Shown here in pieces: positions 10,621 through 20,942 of a stretch of DNA of 63,753 nucleotides (its first letter is position 1; the number at the start of each line of letters is the position of its first letter). The DNA lies in assembly GCA_016930435.1 (NCBI GenBank), contig JAFGGQ010000010.1, positions 1-63,753 of the forward strand, in the 5' to 3' direction. The DNA comes from a bacterium. GTDB taxonomy: Bacteria > UBP14 > UBA6098 > JAFGQG01. The notes under the pieces were generated by a model. That model was not told where the DNA came from and did not search any database. It saw only the letters and a program-made list of their open reading frames with translations. The translations under genes and the position numbers were made by a program.

Positions 10621-11093
10621 TTCGATGATTTTACTTTTTCTTCAATTTCCGTTAATTTCGCTTTTACCTGCGGGTACAATGAATTCTCCGGGAAAAAGAC
10701 AATCAGCCTGTTCAAATAATATTTTGCCCGGTTAAATTCCTTCAGGGCAACGTAAGCATTGCCCAATCCCCACAAAGCCTCCGGTTGTTTCGTACTCCCC
10801 TTCTTGTTGTAAAGCTCCATAAATTTTTCGATCGCTGACTGATAGTTTTCCTGGGAGAGATAGGTCATTCCTGCCATATAATGAGATTGATCAGATAGGC
10901 TGTTACTTTCGTTTGAACGGGTTATTTCCAGAAATATTTCCCGGGCCTCATCGTATTTTGTTTCGTTATAAAGGATATTTGCTACATTAAACAGAGAATC
11001 AACATCCTTAGCCTTCAAACGTAGTGGGCTGGCAACAATCAGGATTAGGGTCATAAGAATTAATCCGGATAATATTTTGTGGTACTTTTTCAT
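10617..11093 (-). CDS. Exported TPR-repeat protein
   Basis: 158 aa with a signal peptide and two to three TPR-like units (YDEAREIF.., YQSAIEKF.., FNRAKYYL..). It is translationally coupled on both sides by ATGA overlaps. Confidence 0.6.
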   Translation of the reverse strand: MKKYHKILSGLILMTLILIVASPLRLKAKDVDSLFNVANILYNETKYDEAREIFLEITRSNESNSLSDQSHYMAGMTYLSQENYQSAIEKFMELYNKKGSTKQPEALWGLGNAYVALKEFNRAKYYLNRLIVFFPENSLYPQVKAKLTEIEEKVKSSK

Positions 11094-12406
11094 ATAATTC
11101 CTTTAAATTCATATTGTTCAGCTTCGACTATTGTTGCTTCAACAATCCTTCCTATTTGGCTTTTTCCCTGAAGCTCAACTATTCTATCGATCTGGGGTGC
11201 ATCCCAAATGGTGCGCGCAGTCCAGCGTTTTACTCCGGGAGCCTTGCCTTCCACCAGCATGGGAACTTTTCTCCCCACCAATTTCTGATTTTTATGCAAT
11301 ATAATGTCCCCCTGAATAATTTCAAGTATTTCCTTTCTATTTCGTGCAATTTCTTCCGGAATCCTTGGTGATAGATTATAGGCGGGTGTATTTTCCTCGG
11401 CTGAAAATTCGAAAAAACCAAGATGATCGAAATAACCCTCCTCAATTAATCGGACGAGTTCATCGAACTCCCGATCACTTTCCCCCGGAAAACCGACCAT
11501 AAAAGTACTTCTCAGGGCAAAATCAGGATTTTTTTCTTTCAATTTTCCAAGGAGAAAGCGGATCTGCCGTGAGTTAACCTTACGGTTCATTTGGGTTAAT
11601 ATGCGGTCGCTTATATGCTGCAGGGGTAAATCCAGATATGGCACAACTTTTTCGGTATTCAAAATTGTCATTAAAAGTTTATCATCAAGGCTTTTTGGAT
11701 GTCCGTAAAGAAGGCGAATCCAGAAATCTCCCCGGAGGGCGGCTATATCCTCGATCAGGCTAGCCAGGTCACAAGTCGGATAGAGGTCGGATCCATAATT
11801 TGTAGTCTCTTGGGCGATCAGGATAAGCTCCTTGTAACCCTGGTCTATCAGGTGCCGGGCGTAGCTTTTAATCCTATCAGCGGGGTAACTTCGGAAAGGC
11901 CCCCGTATCTGGGGGATCCGGCAATAACTGCAGTGGTTACTGCATCCCTCTGCGATTTTTATATAGGCATAGGGGAAAGTGGGAGGTAATCTGCAGAAAT
12001 AAGGATCAGATACATAAGATCGTGGAATACTAATAAGAGGGGTGGTGGCTGCAAATTCGGCTAATATACTCTCAGCAGTCTTTTTAAGGTCACGGTTCCC
12101 CAGTAAACCGTCAATGTCAGGAAATTTTCGAAGAAGCTCCAATCCACTCATTTCCACCCAGCAACCCATCAGGTAAATTTTAAGGGATGGTTTTTGCTTT
12201 TTAAAAGAGAGCATATATTCAACCTCTGCCTGGGTTTCCAGACGGGCTTCCCGAATAAAGGAGCAGCTATTAATGATAATGATCTGGGCTTTTGATGGAT
12301 CATCAAGGACTCGAGCACCCAGGTTTTTCAGGTGGGCTTCAAATTCAAAACTGTCCACTTCGTTCTTGGGACACCCTAAAGTGATAATATAAACCTTAGG
12401 ACCCAT
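11090..12406 (-). CDS. rimO: Ribosomal protein S12 methylthiotransferase (radical SAM, MiaB family)
   Basis: 438 aa. It has the N-terminal UPF0004 cysteines (LGCPKNEVDS), the radical-SAM motif CSNHCSYCRIP and a C-terminal TRAM domain. Confidence 0.8.
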   Translation of the reverse strand: MGPKVYIITLGCPKNEVDSFEFEAHLKNLGARVLDDPSKAQIIIINSCSFIREARLETQAEVEYMLSFKKQKPSLKIYLMGCWVEMSGLELLRKFPDIDGLLGNRDLKKTAESILAEFAATTPLISIPRSYVSDPYFCRLPPTFPYAYIKIAEGCSNHCSYCRIPQIRGPFRSYPADRIKSYARHLIDQGYKELILIAQETTNYGSDLYPTCDLASLIEDIAALRGDFWIRLLYGHPKSLDDKLLMTILNTEKVVPYLDLPLQHISDRILTQMNRKVNSRQIRFLLGKLKEKNPDFALRSTFMVGFPGESDREFDELVRLIEEGYFDHLGFFEFSAEENTPAYNLSPRIPEEIARNRKEILEIIQGDIILHKNQKLVGRKVPMLVEGKAPGVKRWTARTIWDAPQIDRIVELQGKSQIGRIVEATIVEAEQYEFKGII

Positions 12407-12451
12407 AATACAGGGGATAAGTTAAATGGAATAGAATATCGATCAGAGTAT

Positions 12452-13234
12452 CTACTCTGCTATTTTATCTTCATCCTGAATGGCATCGCTATCCGATGTT
12501 TCATCAGGTTCTGAGGTCTCGTCGTCAACTTGCTCTTCTGAGACAGAGGCTTCTTCCTGCTCCGGAGCTGTTTTCTCTGGAGTTGGGTTTTCCGCTTTTT
12601 GGGGCCCTTCGCCCTCTTCTTCAACGGAAGAGGCTACTTCTTCTGGTTCAGGAGAAATCTCTTTTTGTAAGGGTTCCGGTTCAATGGCAGTATTTTCGGC
12701 TACTTCCACCGGGCTTTCGGTAATCGGTTCAACCTTTTCGGGTTCAAGTGTTTCTTCGGGTGCTGTACCTATTTTTTCTTCAGGGAGGGGGGTTTGCTCG
12801 GTGGCTGTTTTTATTTCGGGAGCGGGGGTTTCCTTGATTGCTTTCTTCCCTTTTTTACCTGCTTCCAATTTTTCTTTTTTACGGTGTGTCAGTTCCAAAA
12901 GGACCATTGGAGCGCCGTCACCTTTTCGGAAACCCAGTTTCAGAATCCGCAGATATCCTCCGGAGATTTCCTTATATCGTGGTCCGATCTCATTAAATAA
13001 AATATGGACAACTTCCTTATCGGGGATCATTTTCAGGACGTGCCGCCGGGAGGCCAGGTCACCTTTGATGCCGAAGTTAATTATTCTTTCGGCCAGGCTT
13101 TTAGTAACTTTCGCCCTTGTTTCGGTGGTTCGGATCCGCTCATGGATGATCAGGGATCTTACCTGATTGAGCAGGGTGGCCTTGCGGTGGTCGTATCTCA
13201 TTCCCAGCTTTTTTACTTTATTTCTATGCCGCAT
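12452..13234 (-). CDS. rplQ: 50S ribosomal protein L17 with a ~140-aa acidic, Pro-rich C-terminal extension
   Basis: The N-terminal ~116 aa are canonical L17 (MRHRNKVKKLGMRYDHRKATL..GGYLRILKLGFRKGDGAPMVLLEL). The remaining residues are E/P/T/S-rich low complexity. Confidence 0.93.
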   Translation of the reverse strand: MRHRNKVKKLGMRYDHRKATLLNQVRSLIIHERIRTTETRAKVTKSLAERIINFGIKGDLASRRHVLKMIPDKEVVHILFNEIGPRYKEISGGYLRILKLGFRKGDGAPMVLLELTHRKKEKLEAGKKGKKAIKETPAPEIKTATEQTPLPEEKIGTAPEETLEPEKVEPITESPVEVAENTAIEPEPLQKEISPEPEEVASSVEEEGEGPQKAENPTPEKTAPEQEEASVSEEQVDDETSEPDETSDSDAIQDEDKIAE

Positions 13235-13243
13235 TTTAACTCA

Positions 13244-14236
13244 TTACTCCTTTTCCGGTTCAGTTTCCTCGATGTATTTGGAAACATCCATTCCGAAAGA
13301 AAGCCCTAATTTATCCAGAATTTCGATCAATTCAGCCAGTGATTTTCGGCCGAAATTACGGTATTTGAGCATTTCCGATTCGGATTTTCTTACCAGATCT
13401 TCAATAGCTTTTATTTTAGCTGCTTTCAGGCAATTACTGGATCTTACCGAGAGTTCCAACTCGGAAACCTTCATACTTAGGAGTTTTCTAATCCGGGCGG
13501 TCTCTTCATCGATCTGGTCGGTTTCTTCCCTTTGGAGTTCCATTTCGGGTTTATAAAAGAGATTGAAATGGTCGTTAAGGATTTGAGCGGAGTAAGCCAG
13601 GGCTTCACGGGGACTTACACTGCCGTCAGTTTCCAATTCCAGGATCATTTTATCGTAATCGGTGCGTTGTCCTACCCGTGCGGATTCTACCCTGTAGTTA
13701 ACGTGTAGAATCGGCGAAAAAACCGAATCTATAGGGATAGTACCCAAGGGTTGTTCATCATGTTTGTTTTCTTCAGCGGTGCTATATCCGCATCCCACTC
13801 CCAGTTCCAGGTCGATTTTCAAGCGTACCTTTTCGGTGAGGGTAGCAATATGATGATCCTTATTGAGCACTTCCACAACGCTGTCCCCTTTAATATCCCT
13901 GGCGGTCAACTCCCCTTTTCGATGCACACTTATGCGCATTGGCTTGGGGTAGTCCCCGTTCAATTTGAATTTGATCTCTTTCAGGTTCAGCACTATTTCG
14001 GTAACATCTTCATAAACACCCGGGATAGTGGAGAATTCGTGAGAAACACCTTCTATATTCAGGGCAGTTATAGCGACCCCTTGCAGGGATGAATAGAGGA
14101 TTCTGCGGAGGGCATTGCCCAGAGTTATACCATATCCAGGTTCCAGAGGTTGCACGATGAACCGGCCGAAAGTATCAGTTGAACTTTCGGGTTCTAAAAC
14201 AACCTCCTCTGGCATTTGAATAGGTTTCCATTTCAT
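13244..14236 (-). CDS. rpoA: DNA-directed RNA polymerase subunit alpha
   Basis: 330 aa with the GYGITLGNALRRILLSS-type N-terminal domain and a C-terminal domain (LELSVRSSNCLKAAKI). Confidence 0.97.
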   Translation of the reverse strand: MKWKPIQMPEEVVLEPESSTDTFGRFIVQPLEPGYGITLGNALRRILYSSLQGVAITALNIEGVSHEFSTIPGVYEDVTEIVLNLKEIKFKLNGDYPKPMRISVHRKGELTARDIKGDSVVEVLNKDHHIATLTEKVRLKIDLELGVGCGYSTAEENKHDEQPLGTIPIDSVFSPILHVNYRVESARVGQRTDYDKMILELETDGSVSPREALAYSAQILNDHFNLFYKPEMELQREETDQIDEETARIRKLLSMKVSELELSVRSSNCLKAAKIKAIEDLVRKSESEMLKYRNFGRKSLAELIEILDKLGLSFGMDVSKYIEETEPEKE

Positions 14237-14250
14237 ATTATTACCCCACT

Positions 14251-14883
14251 TTATCTTGAATAATATTCAACGATTAATTGTTCATTAGCAATAACGGGTA
14301 TTTCTTCTCGTGAAGGCAAGCTCAGCACCCTTCCTTCCAGTTTTGCCTTATCAAGAGAAAGCCATGAGTATTCATCGGTGCTTTTTTTCCGTTTCAGGGT
14401 GTTATGGATCAATGCCAGTGCTTTGCTTTTCTCCTTAACAGAGATCAGGTCACCTGGTTTGACCTGGTATGAGGGGATATCGACCTTAGCGCCATTAACG
14501 TTAATATGTCCATGGGTGACCAATTGTCGTGCGGTTCTTCGGGATGGGGCGAAGCCCAATCTATAAACCACATTACCCAGTCTCATTTCCAGCAGTTGCA
14601 GCAAATTTTCACCGGTCTTTCCTTTTAACCGGGAAGCCTCGTTAATATAGACCCTGAACTGGCTTTCCATAATCCCGTATATCCTTCTGACCTTCTGTTT
14701 TTCCCTCAATCTAATTCCGAAATCGGACAGTCTTTTACGGAACCGGGCTCTTTTTTGCTGGCCGGGAGGGTATCCTTTTATGGTCAGGGCACATTTATTG
14801 GAAAAGCATCTTTCCCCCTTGAGGAACAATTTAACGCCTTCCCGCCGGCATAATCGGCATACTGGTCCAGTATATCTTGCCAT
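14251..14883 (-). CDS. rpsD: 30S ribosomal protein S4
   Basis: [26 protein letters not shown].. followed by an S4 RNA-binding domain. Confidence 0.97.
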   Translation of the reverse strand: MARYTGPVCRLCRREGVKLFLKGERCFSNKCALTIKGYPPGQQKRARFRKRLSDFGIRLREKQKVRRIYGIMESQFRVYINEASRLKGKTGENLLQLLEMRLGNVVYRLGFAPSRRTARQLVTHGHINVNGAKVDIPSYQVKPGDLISVKEKSKALALIHNTLKRKKSTDEYSWLSLDKAKLEGRVLSLPSREEIPVIANEQLIVEYYSR

Positions 14884-14902
14884 CTTATCTCCTCTAATCT
14901 AA

Positions 14903-15295
14903 TTAAACGCGTCTTCGCTTTTTAAGTCGGCATCCACCATGGGGTACCGGTCTAATATCCTTAATTCGGGTTAACTGTAATCCTTCAGCCTGCAGGGCTC
15001 TTGTGGCTGCTTCTCTTCCCGGTCCGGGTCCCTTCATGTGCACTTCTGCCCTTTTCATACCCAGATCCATAACCTCATTAGCAACTGACCTTGCAGCGAG
15101 CTGAGCTGCATAGGGAGTGCTTTTCCGTGTACCCTTGAATCCGATCCGCCCCCCGGAAGACCATGTATAAACATTTCCCTGAACATCAGATACGGTAATA
15201 ATGGTATTATTGAAGGTAGAATCGATGCTGACCAGGCCTTCCTCATCAACGTGTTTAACCTTCTTCTTTTTTGTTCCTCTCGGACGTCGAGCCAT
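14903..15295 (-). CDS. rpsK: 30S ribosomal protein S11
   Basis: 130 aa with the motifs [10 protein letters not shown] and [13 protein letters not shown]. Confidence 0.97.
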   Translation of the reverse strand: MARRPRGTKKKKVKHVDEEGLVSIDSTFNNTIITVSDVQGNVYTWSSGGRIGFKGTRKSTPYAAQLAARSVANEVMDLGMKRAEVHMKGPGPGREAATRALQAEGLQLTRIKDIRPVPHGGCRLKKRRRV

Positions 15296-15319
15296 AATCT
15301 ATATCCTCCTGGACTATTA

Positions 15320-15694
15320 CTATTTCTCTTTTTTCTTGGTTCCAATGGTTTTCCGGGGACCCTTTTTAGTCCGGGCATTGGTTCTGGTTCGTTGCCCTCG
15401 CAAGGGCAAACCCGATTTGTGCCGCGTGCCCCGGTATGAACCGGTTTCGATCAGTCTCTTTATATTCGAAGTAACTTCGCTCTTAAGAGCTCCCTCAACC
15501 TTTAACTGCTTCTCTATCTCAGTCCTTAAGCTCGAGATATCTTTTTCGGTCAACTCCTGAACCTTGGTGTCCGGATTAATCCCGGTCTTCTTCAATATTT
15601 CCTGAGAAGTGGATAATCCAATGCCATATAGATAAGTTAAACCGATCTCAATCCTTTTACCTTTGGGTAAGTCTATACCTGCAATCCTGGCCAA
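15320..15694 (-). CDS. rpsM: 30S ribosomal protein S13 (TTG start)
   Basis: (M)[25 protein letters not shown].. The start codon at 15694..15692 reads TTG. Confidence 0.96.
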   Translation of the reverse strand: MARIAGIDLPKGKRIEIGLTYLYGIGLSTSQEILKKTGINPDTKVQELTEKDISSLRTEIEKQLKVEGALKSEVTSNIKRLIETGSYRGTRHKSGLPLRGQRTRTNARTKKGPRKTIGTKKKEK

Positions 15695-15711
15695 TTAAAT
15701 CCTCCTTGTTA

Positions 15712-15828
15712 CTACTTACCTTGTCTTTGTTTATGCTTAGGATTTTTGCAAATGACGAATACCTTTCCTCGCCTACGGATAATCTGGCATTTATCACACA
15801 TTTTCTTTACTGAAGGTCTTACTTTCAT
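15712..15828 (-). CDS. rpmJ: 50S ribosomal protein L36 (absent from the ORF track)
   Basis: My own translation of the minus strand gives [38 protein letters not shown], the canonical zinc-binding L36 (C-x2-C-x12-C-x4-H). It sits in the conserved infA-rpmJ-rpsM position. Confidence 0.93.
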   Translation of the reverse strand: MKVRPSVKKMCDKCQIIRRRGKVFVICKNPKHKQRQGK

Positions 15829-15847
15829 TTTTTAATTCCCGCTTTTA

Positions 15848-16066
15848 TTATTTATATCTGTAGATTATTCTTCCCTTGGTCAAATCATAGGGGGAGATTT
15901 CCAGGCGAACCCTGTCCCCGGGCAGTATACGGATGAAATATTTCCGCATTCGGCCAGAAACATAGGCCAAAACTTCATGACCGTTTTCCAGTTCGACCCG
16001 GAATGTGGTATTGGGCAATGCTTCTTTTACCACTCCTTCTACTTGTATTATTTCTTCTTTAGGCAT
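15848..16066 (-). CDS. infA: Translation initiation factor IF-1
   Basis: 72-aa S1-like OB fold ([32 protein letters not shown]). Confidence 0.97.
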   Translation of the reverse strand: MPKEEIIQVEGVVKEALPNTTFRVELENGHEVLAYVSGRMRKYFIRILPGDRVRLEISPYDLTKGRIIYRYK

Positions 16067-16070
16067 TTAT

Positions 16071-16835
16071 CTACAATATCGTTAATATTTCAGAGCCATT
16101 ACCGGTAATGGCTATTGTATTTTCAAAGTGTGCTGATGGTTTCCCATCGCTGGTTACAATCGTCCATCCATTGGACGCGGTTTTCACCCTGAATGTACCC
16201 ATATTAACCATGGGTTCTATAGCGATTACCATCCCTTCTCTCAGGGGACAATTAAGCCCTGAGCCCGTAAAATTGGGAACCTGAGGCTCCTCGTGGAGAT
16301 TCCGTCCTATCCCATGTCCAACCAGATCACGCACTACCGAAAAACCCTGATCTTCGACCGTGGTCTGAATGACACGGGCAATGTCTTCCAGTTCGTTTCC
16401 GGCTTTAGCTATATTTATAGCCAGTTCCAAAGCCCGTGCGGTAGTATTAAAAAGATTCAGCCTGGGAGGGTCTATTTCCCCAACCTTAAAGGTACGGGCG
16501 GCATCACCGTAGAACTGGTTTTTCAAAACCCCTACATCAACGCTGACCAGATCACCCTCCCTAATCTCACGGTTATCGGGTATTCCATGTACAACTTCCT
16601 CATTGATGGATACGCAAATATGACCCGGGTATTTACTCTTACTGCTTGGCATAGAATAACCTAAAAAAGCCGATTCCGCTTTATTGGCATCGAGAACCTG
16701 CTTGGCTATAACATCCAGTTCCAGGGTTGTAATTCCTGGCTTAATAGCCTCCTTAGCCCGTTCCAGGATCTCGGCAACGATCCTCCCGCTTTCCCTCATC
16801 TTTGCGATCTCGCGCTTCGACTTATAGATTATCAT
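16071..16835 (-). CDS. map: Methionine aminopeptidase type I
   Basis: 254 aa with metal ligands in the contexts VHGIP, DVGV..GYYGD-like, HGIG and EPM. Confidence 0.95.
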   Translation of the reverse strand: MIIYKSKREIAKMRESGRIVAEILERAKEAIKPGITTLELDVIAKQVLDANKAESAFLGYSMPSSKSKYPGHICVSINEEVVHGIPDNREIREGDLVSVDVGVLKNQFYGDAARTFKVGEIDPPRLNLFNTTARALELAINIAKAGNELEDIARVIQTTVEDQGFSVVRDLVGHGIGRNLHEEPQVPNFTGSGLNCPLREGMVIAIEPMVNMGTFRVKTASNGWTIVTSDGKPSAHFENTIAITGNGSEILTIL

Positions 16836-17473
16836 TGCTTAATAAGCTCCATTATTTCATCCAGAACATCGTCAACATTGATGGCTTCGATCTTTAGATA
16901 GCCTTTACGATTCTCATAGTAATGGATCAGGGGTTGCGTTTTATCCTTATATACCAGTAAGCGTTTCTGGATCACTTCGCTATGATCATCATCCCTCTGC
17001 ATCAATTCAATTCCGCAATCGTCACATAGAAGATCGTTTTTTGGTTTAATATTGATGAGGTTATAGATGCGGCCACATTGGGGACATTGTCTCCGGTTAG
17101 ATAATCTCTGGATCAATCCTGCTTCATCCAGGAAAAAATCCATGATGTAGTCTATTTTTTTATTTAATTTATCAAAGAGCCGGTCCAGCATTTCAGCCTG
17201 CGGTACCGTTCTGGGGAAACCATCCAGAATAAAACCTTTTTGGGCATCCTCTTTCTGGATCCTCTTGCTGACCAGGATCATCATGTCATCATCAGGCACC
17301 AGTTTGCCCTTTTCCAGGATCTTTCTAACCTCCAGTCCTAATTCTGTGCCTTCATCAACAGCAGCGCGGAGGAGGTCTCCTGTAGAGATATGGGGGATAC
17401 CCAATCTCTCTTCCAATCCTTTAGCATAAGTTCCCTTGCCCACTCCTGGTGGACCCATAATAACGATAATCAC
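16832..17473 (-). CDS. adk: Adenylate kinase (zinc-lid type, GTG start)
   Basis: P-loop GPPGVGKGT. The lid carries CPQCGRIYN..CDDCG. It has an ATGA overlap with map. Confidence 0.95.
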   Translation of the reverse strand: MIIVIMGPPGVGKGTYAKGLEERLGIPHISTGDLLRAAVDEGTELGLEVRKILEKGKLVPDDDMMILVSKRIQKEDAQKGFILDGFPRTVPQAEMLDRLFDKLNKKIDYIMDFFLDEAGLIQRLSNRRQCPQCGRIYNLINIKPKNDLLCDDCGIELMQRDDDHSEVIQKRLLVYKDKTQPLIHYYENRKGYLKIEAINVDDVLDEIMELIKQ

Positions 17474-18789
17474 TATCTTCTTCCCTTAATCCGGCCCTTC
17501 TTCATGAACCCGTCATAATGGCGCATCAGCAGATGGGATTCCAATTGATTCAATGTATCAAGGGCTACGCCCACCAATATAAGCAATGAGGTTCCGCTAA
17601 AGAAAAAGGCAAACTCTTTCTGTGGTATAAAGAAAATAGGAACGATAGCGATCAGGGCTAATCCAATTGAGCCTGGCAGGGTAATTCTGGTTAATATTTT
17701 ATCAATGAACGTACTGGTTTGTTTCCCGGGCCTTCGGCCGGGGATAAAACCGCCGTATTTCTTCATGTTCTCCGCAACGTCAACAGGATTGAAAACAACC
17801 GCGGTATAGAAGTATGCGAAGAATACTATCATTAATCCATAGATTATATTGTAGAGTGCGCTGAAGGGTGTGAACATATTAGCGATATTGCGCATGAATT
17901 CGACATCGGGGAAAAAGCTCAGGATGGTATTGGGCAAGAACATCACCGCCTGGGCAAAGATGATGGGTATGACACCTGCGGCATTCAGGCGGAGCGGCAA
18001 GTGTGTAGCCTGTCCCCCGTATATTTTCCGGCCTACTACCCGTTTAGCATATTGTACCGGAATCTGCCTTGTGCCCTGGGTCAACAGAATAGCCGCTACG
18101 GTAAATATCAAAGCGCCAACGATGAGCAGTAGAATAGATGATAGTTTTCTACCCCCTGCAGCGATCAGTTGTACTTCCTGGATAACATTTCCGGGAAGCC
18201 GCGCAACGATACCGGCAAAGATAAGCAGTGACATTCCGTTTCCTATCCCTTTTTCGGTGATCAATTCTCCAAACCACATCACTATGGCTGTACCGGTGAC
18301 CAGGGTAGCTACTCCCAGCAGTTTGAGACCAAAATTTACGCCGGGGAAAACCGGACCGATACCTGATTCCATGCTGGATAAATAAGCCATCATTCCCCAT
18401 CCCTGAGCAAAAGCAATGACCAGCGCTCCGTATCTGGTGTACTGGGTCAGTTTCCGTCGGCCTTCCTCACCCTCTTTCTGCAATCTCTGGAAATAAGGGA
18501 TGACCGCTCCCAGCAACTGCAGGATAATGGAAGCGGTGATGTAGGGCATAATACCCGCTGCGAAAATCGTAGCCCTTCGGAAAGCTCCTCCCACGAAAAG
18601 GTCGTATAGGGCGAATACGCCACCCATTCCTCTATCCATGAAATTGGATAGCGCCGCAAGATCTATCCCCGGAATAGGGATATGAGTTCCCAGCCGGAAT
18701 AGAGCCAATATAGCCAAAGTAAACAATAGCTTCTTTCTTAGGTCCGGTATCTTGAAAATATTCTGAATACTCTCGATTATCTTTTTCAA
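17473..18789 (-). CDS. secY: Preprotein translocase subunit SecY
   Basis: 438 aa with 10 predicted TM segments, in the conserved position between rplO and adk. Confidence 0.96.
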   Translation of the reverse strand: MKKIIESIQNIFKIPDLRKKLLFTLAILALFRLGTHIPIPGIDLAALSNFMDRGMGGVFALYDLFVGGAFRRATIFAAGIMPYITASIILQLLGAVIPYFQRLQKEGEEGRRKLTQYTRYGALVIAFAQGWGMMAYLSSMESGIGPVFPGVNFGLKLLGVATLVTGTAIVMWFGELITEKGIGNGMSLLIFAGIVARLPGNVIQEVQLIAAGGRKLSSILLLIVGALIFTVAAILLTQGTRQIPVQYAKRVVGRKIYGGQATHLPLRLNAAGVIPIIFAQAVMFLPNTILSFFPDVEFMRNIANMFTPFSALYNIIYGLMIVFFAYFYTAVVFNPVDVAENMKKYGGFIPGRRPGKQTSTFIDKILTRITLPGSIGLALIAIVPIFFIPQKEFAFFFSGTSLLILVGVALDTLNQLESHLLMRHYDGFMKKGRIKGRR

Positions 18790-18790
18790 A

Positions 18791-19237
18791 TTAAATCTCC
18801 TCTACAATACCGCCAGCGGCTTTAACCTTTTCTGCTGCTGCTTTTGAGACAGCCTCTAATTTGATTGAAAGCTTTTTCTTAAGTGTGCCATCTCCGAGTA
18901 ATTTAACTGGGCCACGGCCATTGACCAGGCCTTTTTCCCGCAATAATTCGGGAGTAATGACAGCCTCATCATCAAAGACATTGAGGTTTTTGACGTTGAC
19001 CAGGTGAAAAATCTCCTTGTGAGGGCTTTTAAAACCCTTTTTAGGGATTCTTCGTTGTAAGGGCATCTGGCCTCCTTCAAACCATTGTTTTCGTTTTGCA
19101 CCAGCTCGAGATTTCTGGCCATTTTCACCCCGACCGGAGGTCTTGCCATAACCCGAACTGCTGCCGCGGCCAACCCTCTTTCGGGAATGGGTAGCCCCCT
19201 TGGGACTCTTTAAATTTTCCAGTTTCAGGTCTTTCAT
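18791..19237 (-). CDS. rplO: 50S ribosomal protein L15
   Basis: KRVGRGSSSGYGKTSGRGENGQKSR motif. Confidence 0.96.
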   Translation of the reverse strand: MKDLKLENLKSPKGATHSRKRVGRGSSSGYGKTSGRGENGQKSRAGAKRKQWFEGGQMPLQRRIPKKGFKSPHKEIFHLVNVKNLNVFDDEAVITPELLREKGLVNGRGPVKLLGDGTLKKKLSIKLEAVSKAAAEKVKAAGGIVEEI

Positions 19238-19239
19238 AA

Positions 19240-19428
19240 CTATTTACTAACCTCTTCTACCTTTAATAAATGCCTTATTTTATTGACCATTCCCAGTACC
19301 GAAGGGGAGGCTTCCTTCTCAACGCTTTGATGCATTTTTGAGATACCCAACGCTTTTAAGGTACCTTTCTGGCTTCGATGGTAGCCTATACCGCTCTTGA
19401 TCTGGGTTATTTTAATTAACTTTTTCAT
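19240..19428 (-). CDS. rpmD: 50S ribosomal protein L30
   Basis: 62 aa, IKITQIKSGIGYHRSQKGTLKALGI. Confidence 0.93.
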   Translation of the reverse strand: MKKLIKITQIKSGIGYHRSQKGTLKALGISKMHQSVEKEASPSVLGMVNKIRHLLKVEEVSK

Positions 19429-19447
19429 AATATGGACTCCCTGGCCT

Positions 19448-19954
19448 CTATCCTCTTAGTTTTTCTACTGGTATCTCCCGGCGCTTAGCAACCTGATACA
19501 TATCTTCCAGGTCCAAAAGGGCATTCATAGTCGCCTTCGCCAGGTTACAGGGGGTTGTGGATCCCAGGGCTTTGGTCAAAATGTCTTTTATCCCGGCGGT
19601 TTCCATGATAGCCCTAACCACGCCGCCAGCTATTACTCCGGTACCCGGCGAAGCCGGCTTAAGGATTACTTTTGAACCGCCGCATTTTCCATTTGCAGCA
19701 TGGGGTATAGTATCACCAACGGTAGGGATACGCACCATACTCTTTCGGGCCTTCTCGGTGCTCTTTCTAATGGCATCGCTGACCTCCGGGGCTTTCCCCA
19801 GGCCTACTCCCACAGAACCATTACCATCTCCTACGGCAACTATGGCGTTAAAGCTTAAATTACGCCCCCCTTTTACTACCTTGGAAACTCTATTTACAGC
19901 TATTAAACGCTCTTCCAGGCCTTCTTCCAAATTCTCGTTCGCTGGCAATTCCAC
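19448..19954 (-). CDS. rpsE: 30S ribosomal protein S5
   Basis: NRVSKVVKGGRNLSFNAIVAVGDGNGSVGVGLGKA. Confidence 0.97.
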   Translation of the reverse strand: MELPANENLEEGLEERLIAVNRVSKVVKGGRNLSFNAIVAVGDGNGSVGVGLGKAPEVSDAIRKSTEKARKSMVRIPTVGDTIPHAANGKCGGSKVILKPASPGTGVIAGGVVRAIMETAGIKDILTKALGSTTPCNLAKATMNALLDLEDMYQVAKRREIPVEKLRG

Positions 19955-19962
19955 CTCCTAAA

Positions 19963-20328
19963 TTAAAATATTAACCCACCTTCACGGGCACTTTCGGCAA
20001 GAGCCTTCACCCTTCCGTGATACCGATATCCATGCCTGTCAAAGACCACCTTGTTCAAACCCTTTTCAATTGCCTTCTGAGCGATCAGTTTACCCACCAG
20101 CTTAGCACCTTCAACTTTATTAAGCTTCCGAACCTCTTCCCTGATCTCCGGTGAAAGTGATCCGGCGGATAGCATCGTTTTGCCTGCCAGATCATCTACC
20201 AACTGCACATAGATATGGTTCAAACTCCGACTTACTATCATTCTGAGCCTCTCGGGGTTGCCCTGTATTTTGGTTCTAACCCTTCGGACCCTTTTAGCAT
20301 GCAGTTTTTGTTTTTCTTTAGTGTTCAT
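19963..20328 (-). CDS. rplR: 50S ribosomal protein L18
   Basis: 121 aa, [22 protein letters not shown]. Confidence 0.96.
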   Translation of the reverse strand: MNTKEKQKLHAKRVRRVRTKIQGNPERLRMIVSRSLNHIYVQLVDDLAGKTMLSAGSLSPEIREEVRKLNKVEGAKLVGKLIAQKAIEKGLNKVVFDRHGYRYHGRVKALAESAREGGLIF

Positions 20329-20343
20329 GATCTCTTATATAAT

Positions 20344-20925
20344 TTAAATAGCGGCCTTAACCGGTTTAAGATGTATTTTTTCTCCTTTGAATCGAATTCC
20401 TTTACCCTTGTAAATATTCGGCTTTTTCAGGGATTTCAGCTTGGCGCATACCTGGCCTACCAGCTGTTTATCAATACCTTTTATCTTGATGGTGCAGATC
20501 AGAAGCTCTTTGGTGCCCTCGGCAATCGTACGGCGAAGGGGACGCTCCACTTCAAACTCGATACCAGGCGGTTTCTGAAAATAGATTACGTGAGAAAAAC
20601 CCAATCCGAAAATAAGACCATTGGGTTGCTCTTCAACTTTGTATCCTACACCAACTACTTCCAATTCCCTTTCATATCCCTGGGACACCCCAACAACCAT
20701 ATTATTGATCAAACTCCGGTATAGACCATGGAAACCCTTGATTTGCTTGTAATTGGCCTTGCGATCTACCTTTAAGATATTTTCCTCCTGCTTAAGTTCG
20801 ATCAGGGGATTTATCTTTTGGCTTAATACCCCTTTGGGTCCTTTCACTTCAACCAGGTTGCCGGGTTTTAACTCCACAGTCACCCCCTTGGGGATTTCTA
20901 TCGGCTTATATCCTATTCTTGACAT
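20344..20925 (-). CDS. rplF: 50S ribosomal protein L6
   Basis: MSRIGYKPIEIPKGVTVE.. I start at ATG 20925, which is preceded by AAGGAGA. The tracked 20958 start would overlap rpsH. Confidence 0.95.
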   Translation of the reverse strand: MSRIGYKPIEIPKGVTVELKPGNLVEVKGPKGVLSQKINPLIELKQEENILKVDRKANYKQIKGFHGLYRSLINNMVVGVSQGYERELEVVGVGYKVEEQPNGLIFGLGFSHVIYFQKPPGIEFEVERPLRRTIAEGTKELLICTIKIKGIDKQLVGQVCAKLKSLKKPNIYKGKGIRFKGEKIHLKPVKAAI

Positions 20926-20942
20926 TACGATCTCCTTAAAGG

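Noticed and set aside
12480-13166. A 228-aa plus-strand ORF (Ser-rich), together with the ORFs at 12496-12723 and 12794-13000, all opposite rplQ.
   Set aside because: They are mirror images of the Glu/Pro-rich L17 tail codons. The opposite strand has unambiguous L17 homology, and these ORFs have no Shine-Dalgarno sequence and only low-complexity composition.
15055-15378. A 107-aa alternative-frame ORF across the rpsK/rpsM junction, and a similar 105-aa ORF (18856-19173) inside rplO.
   Set aside because: The same-strand frames are already occupied by highly conserved ribosomal proteins, and there is no independent signal.
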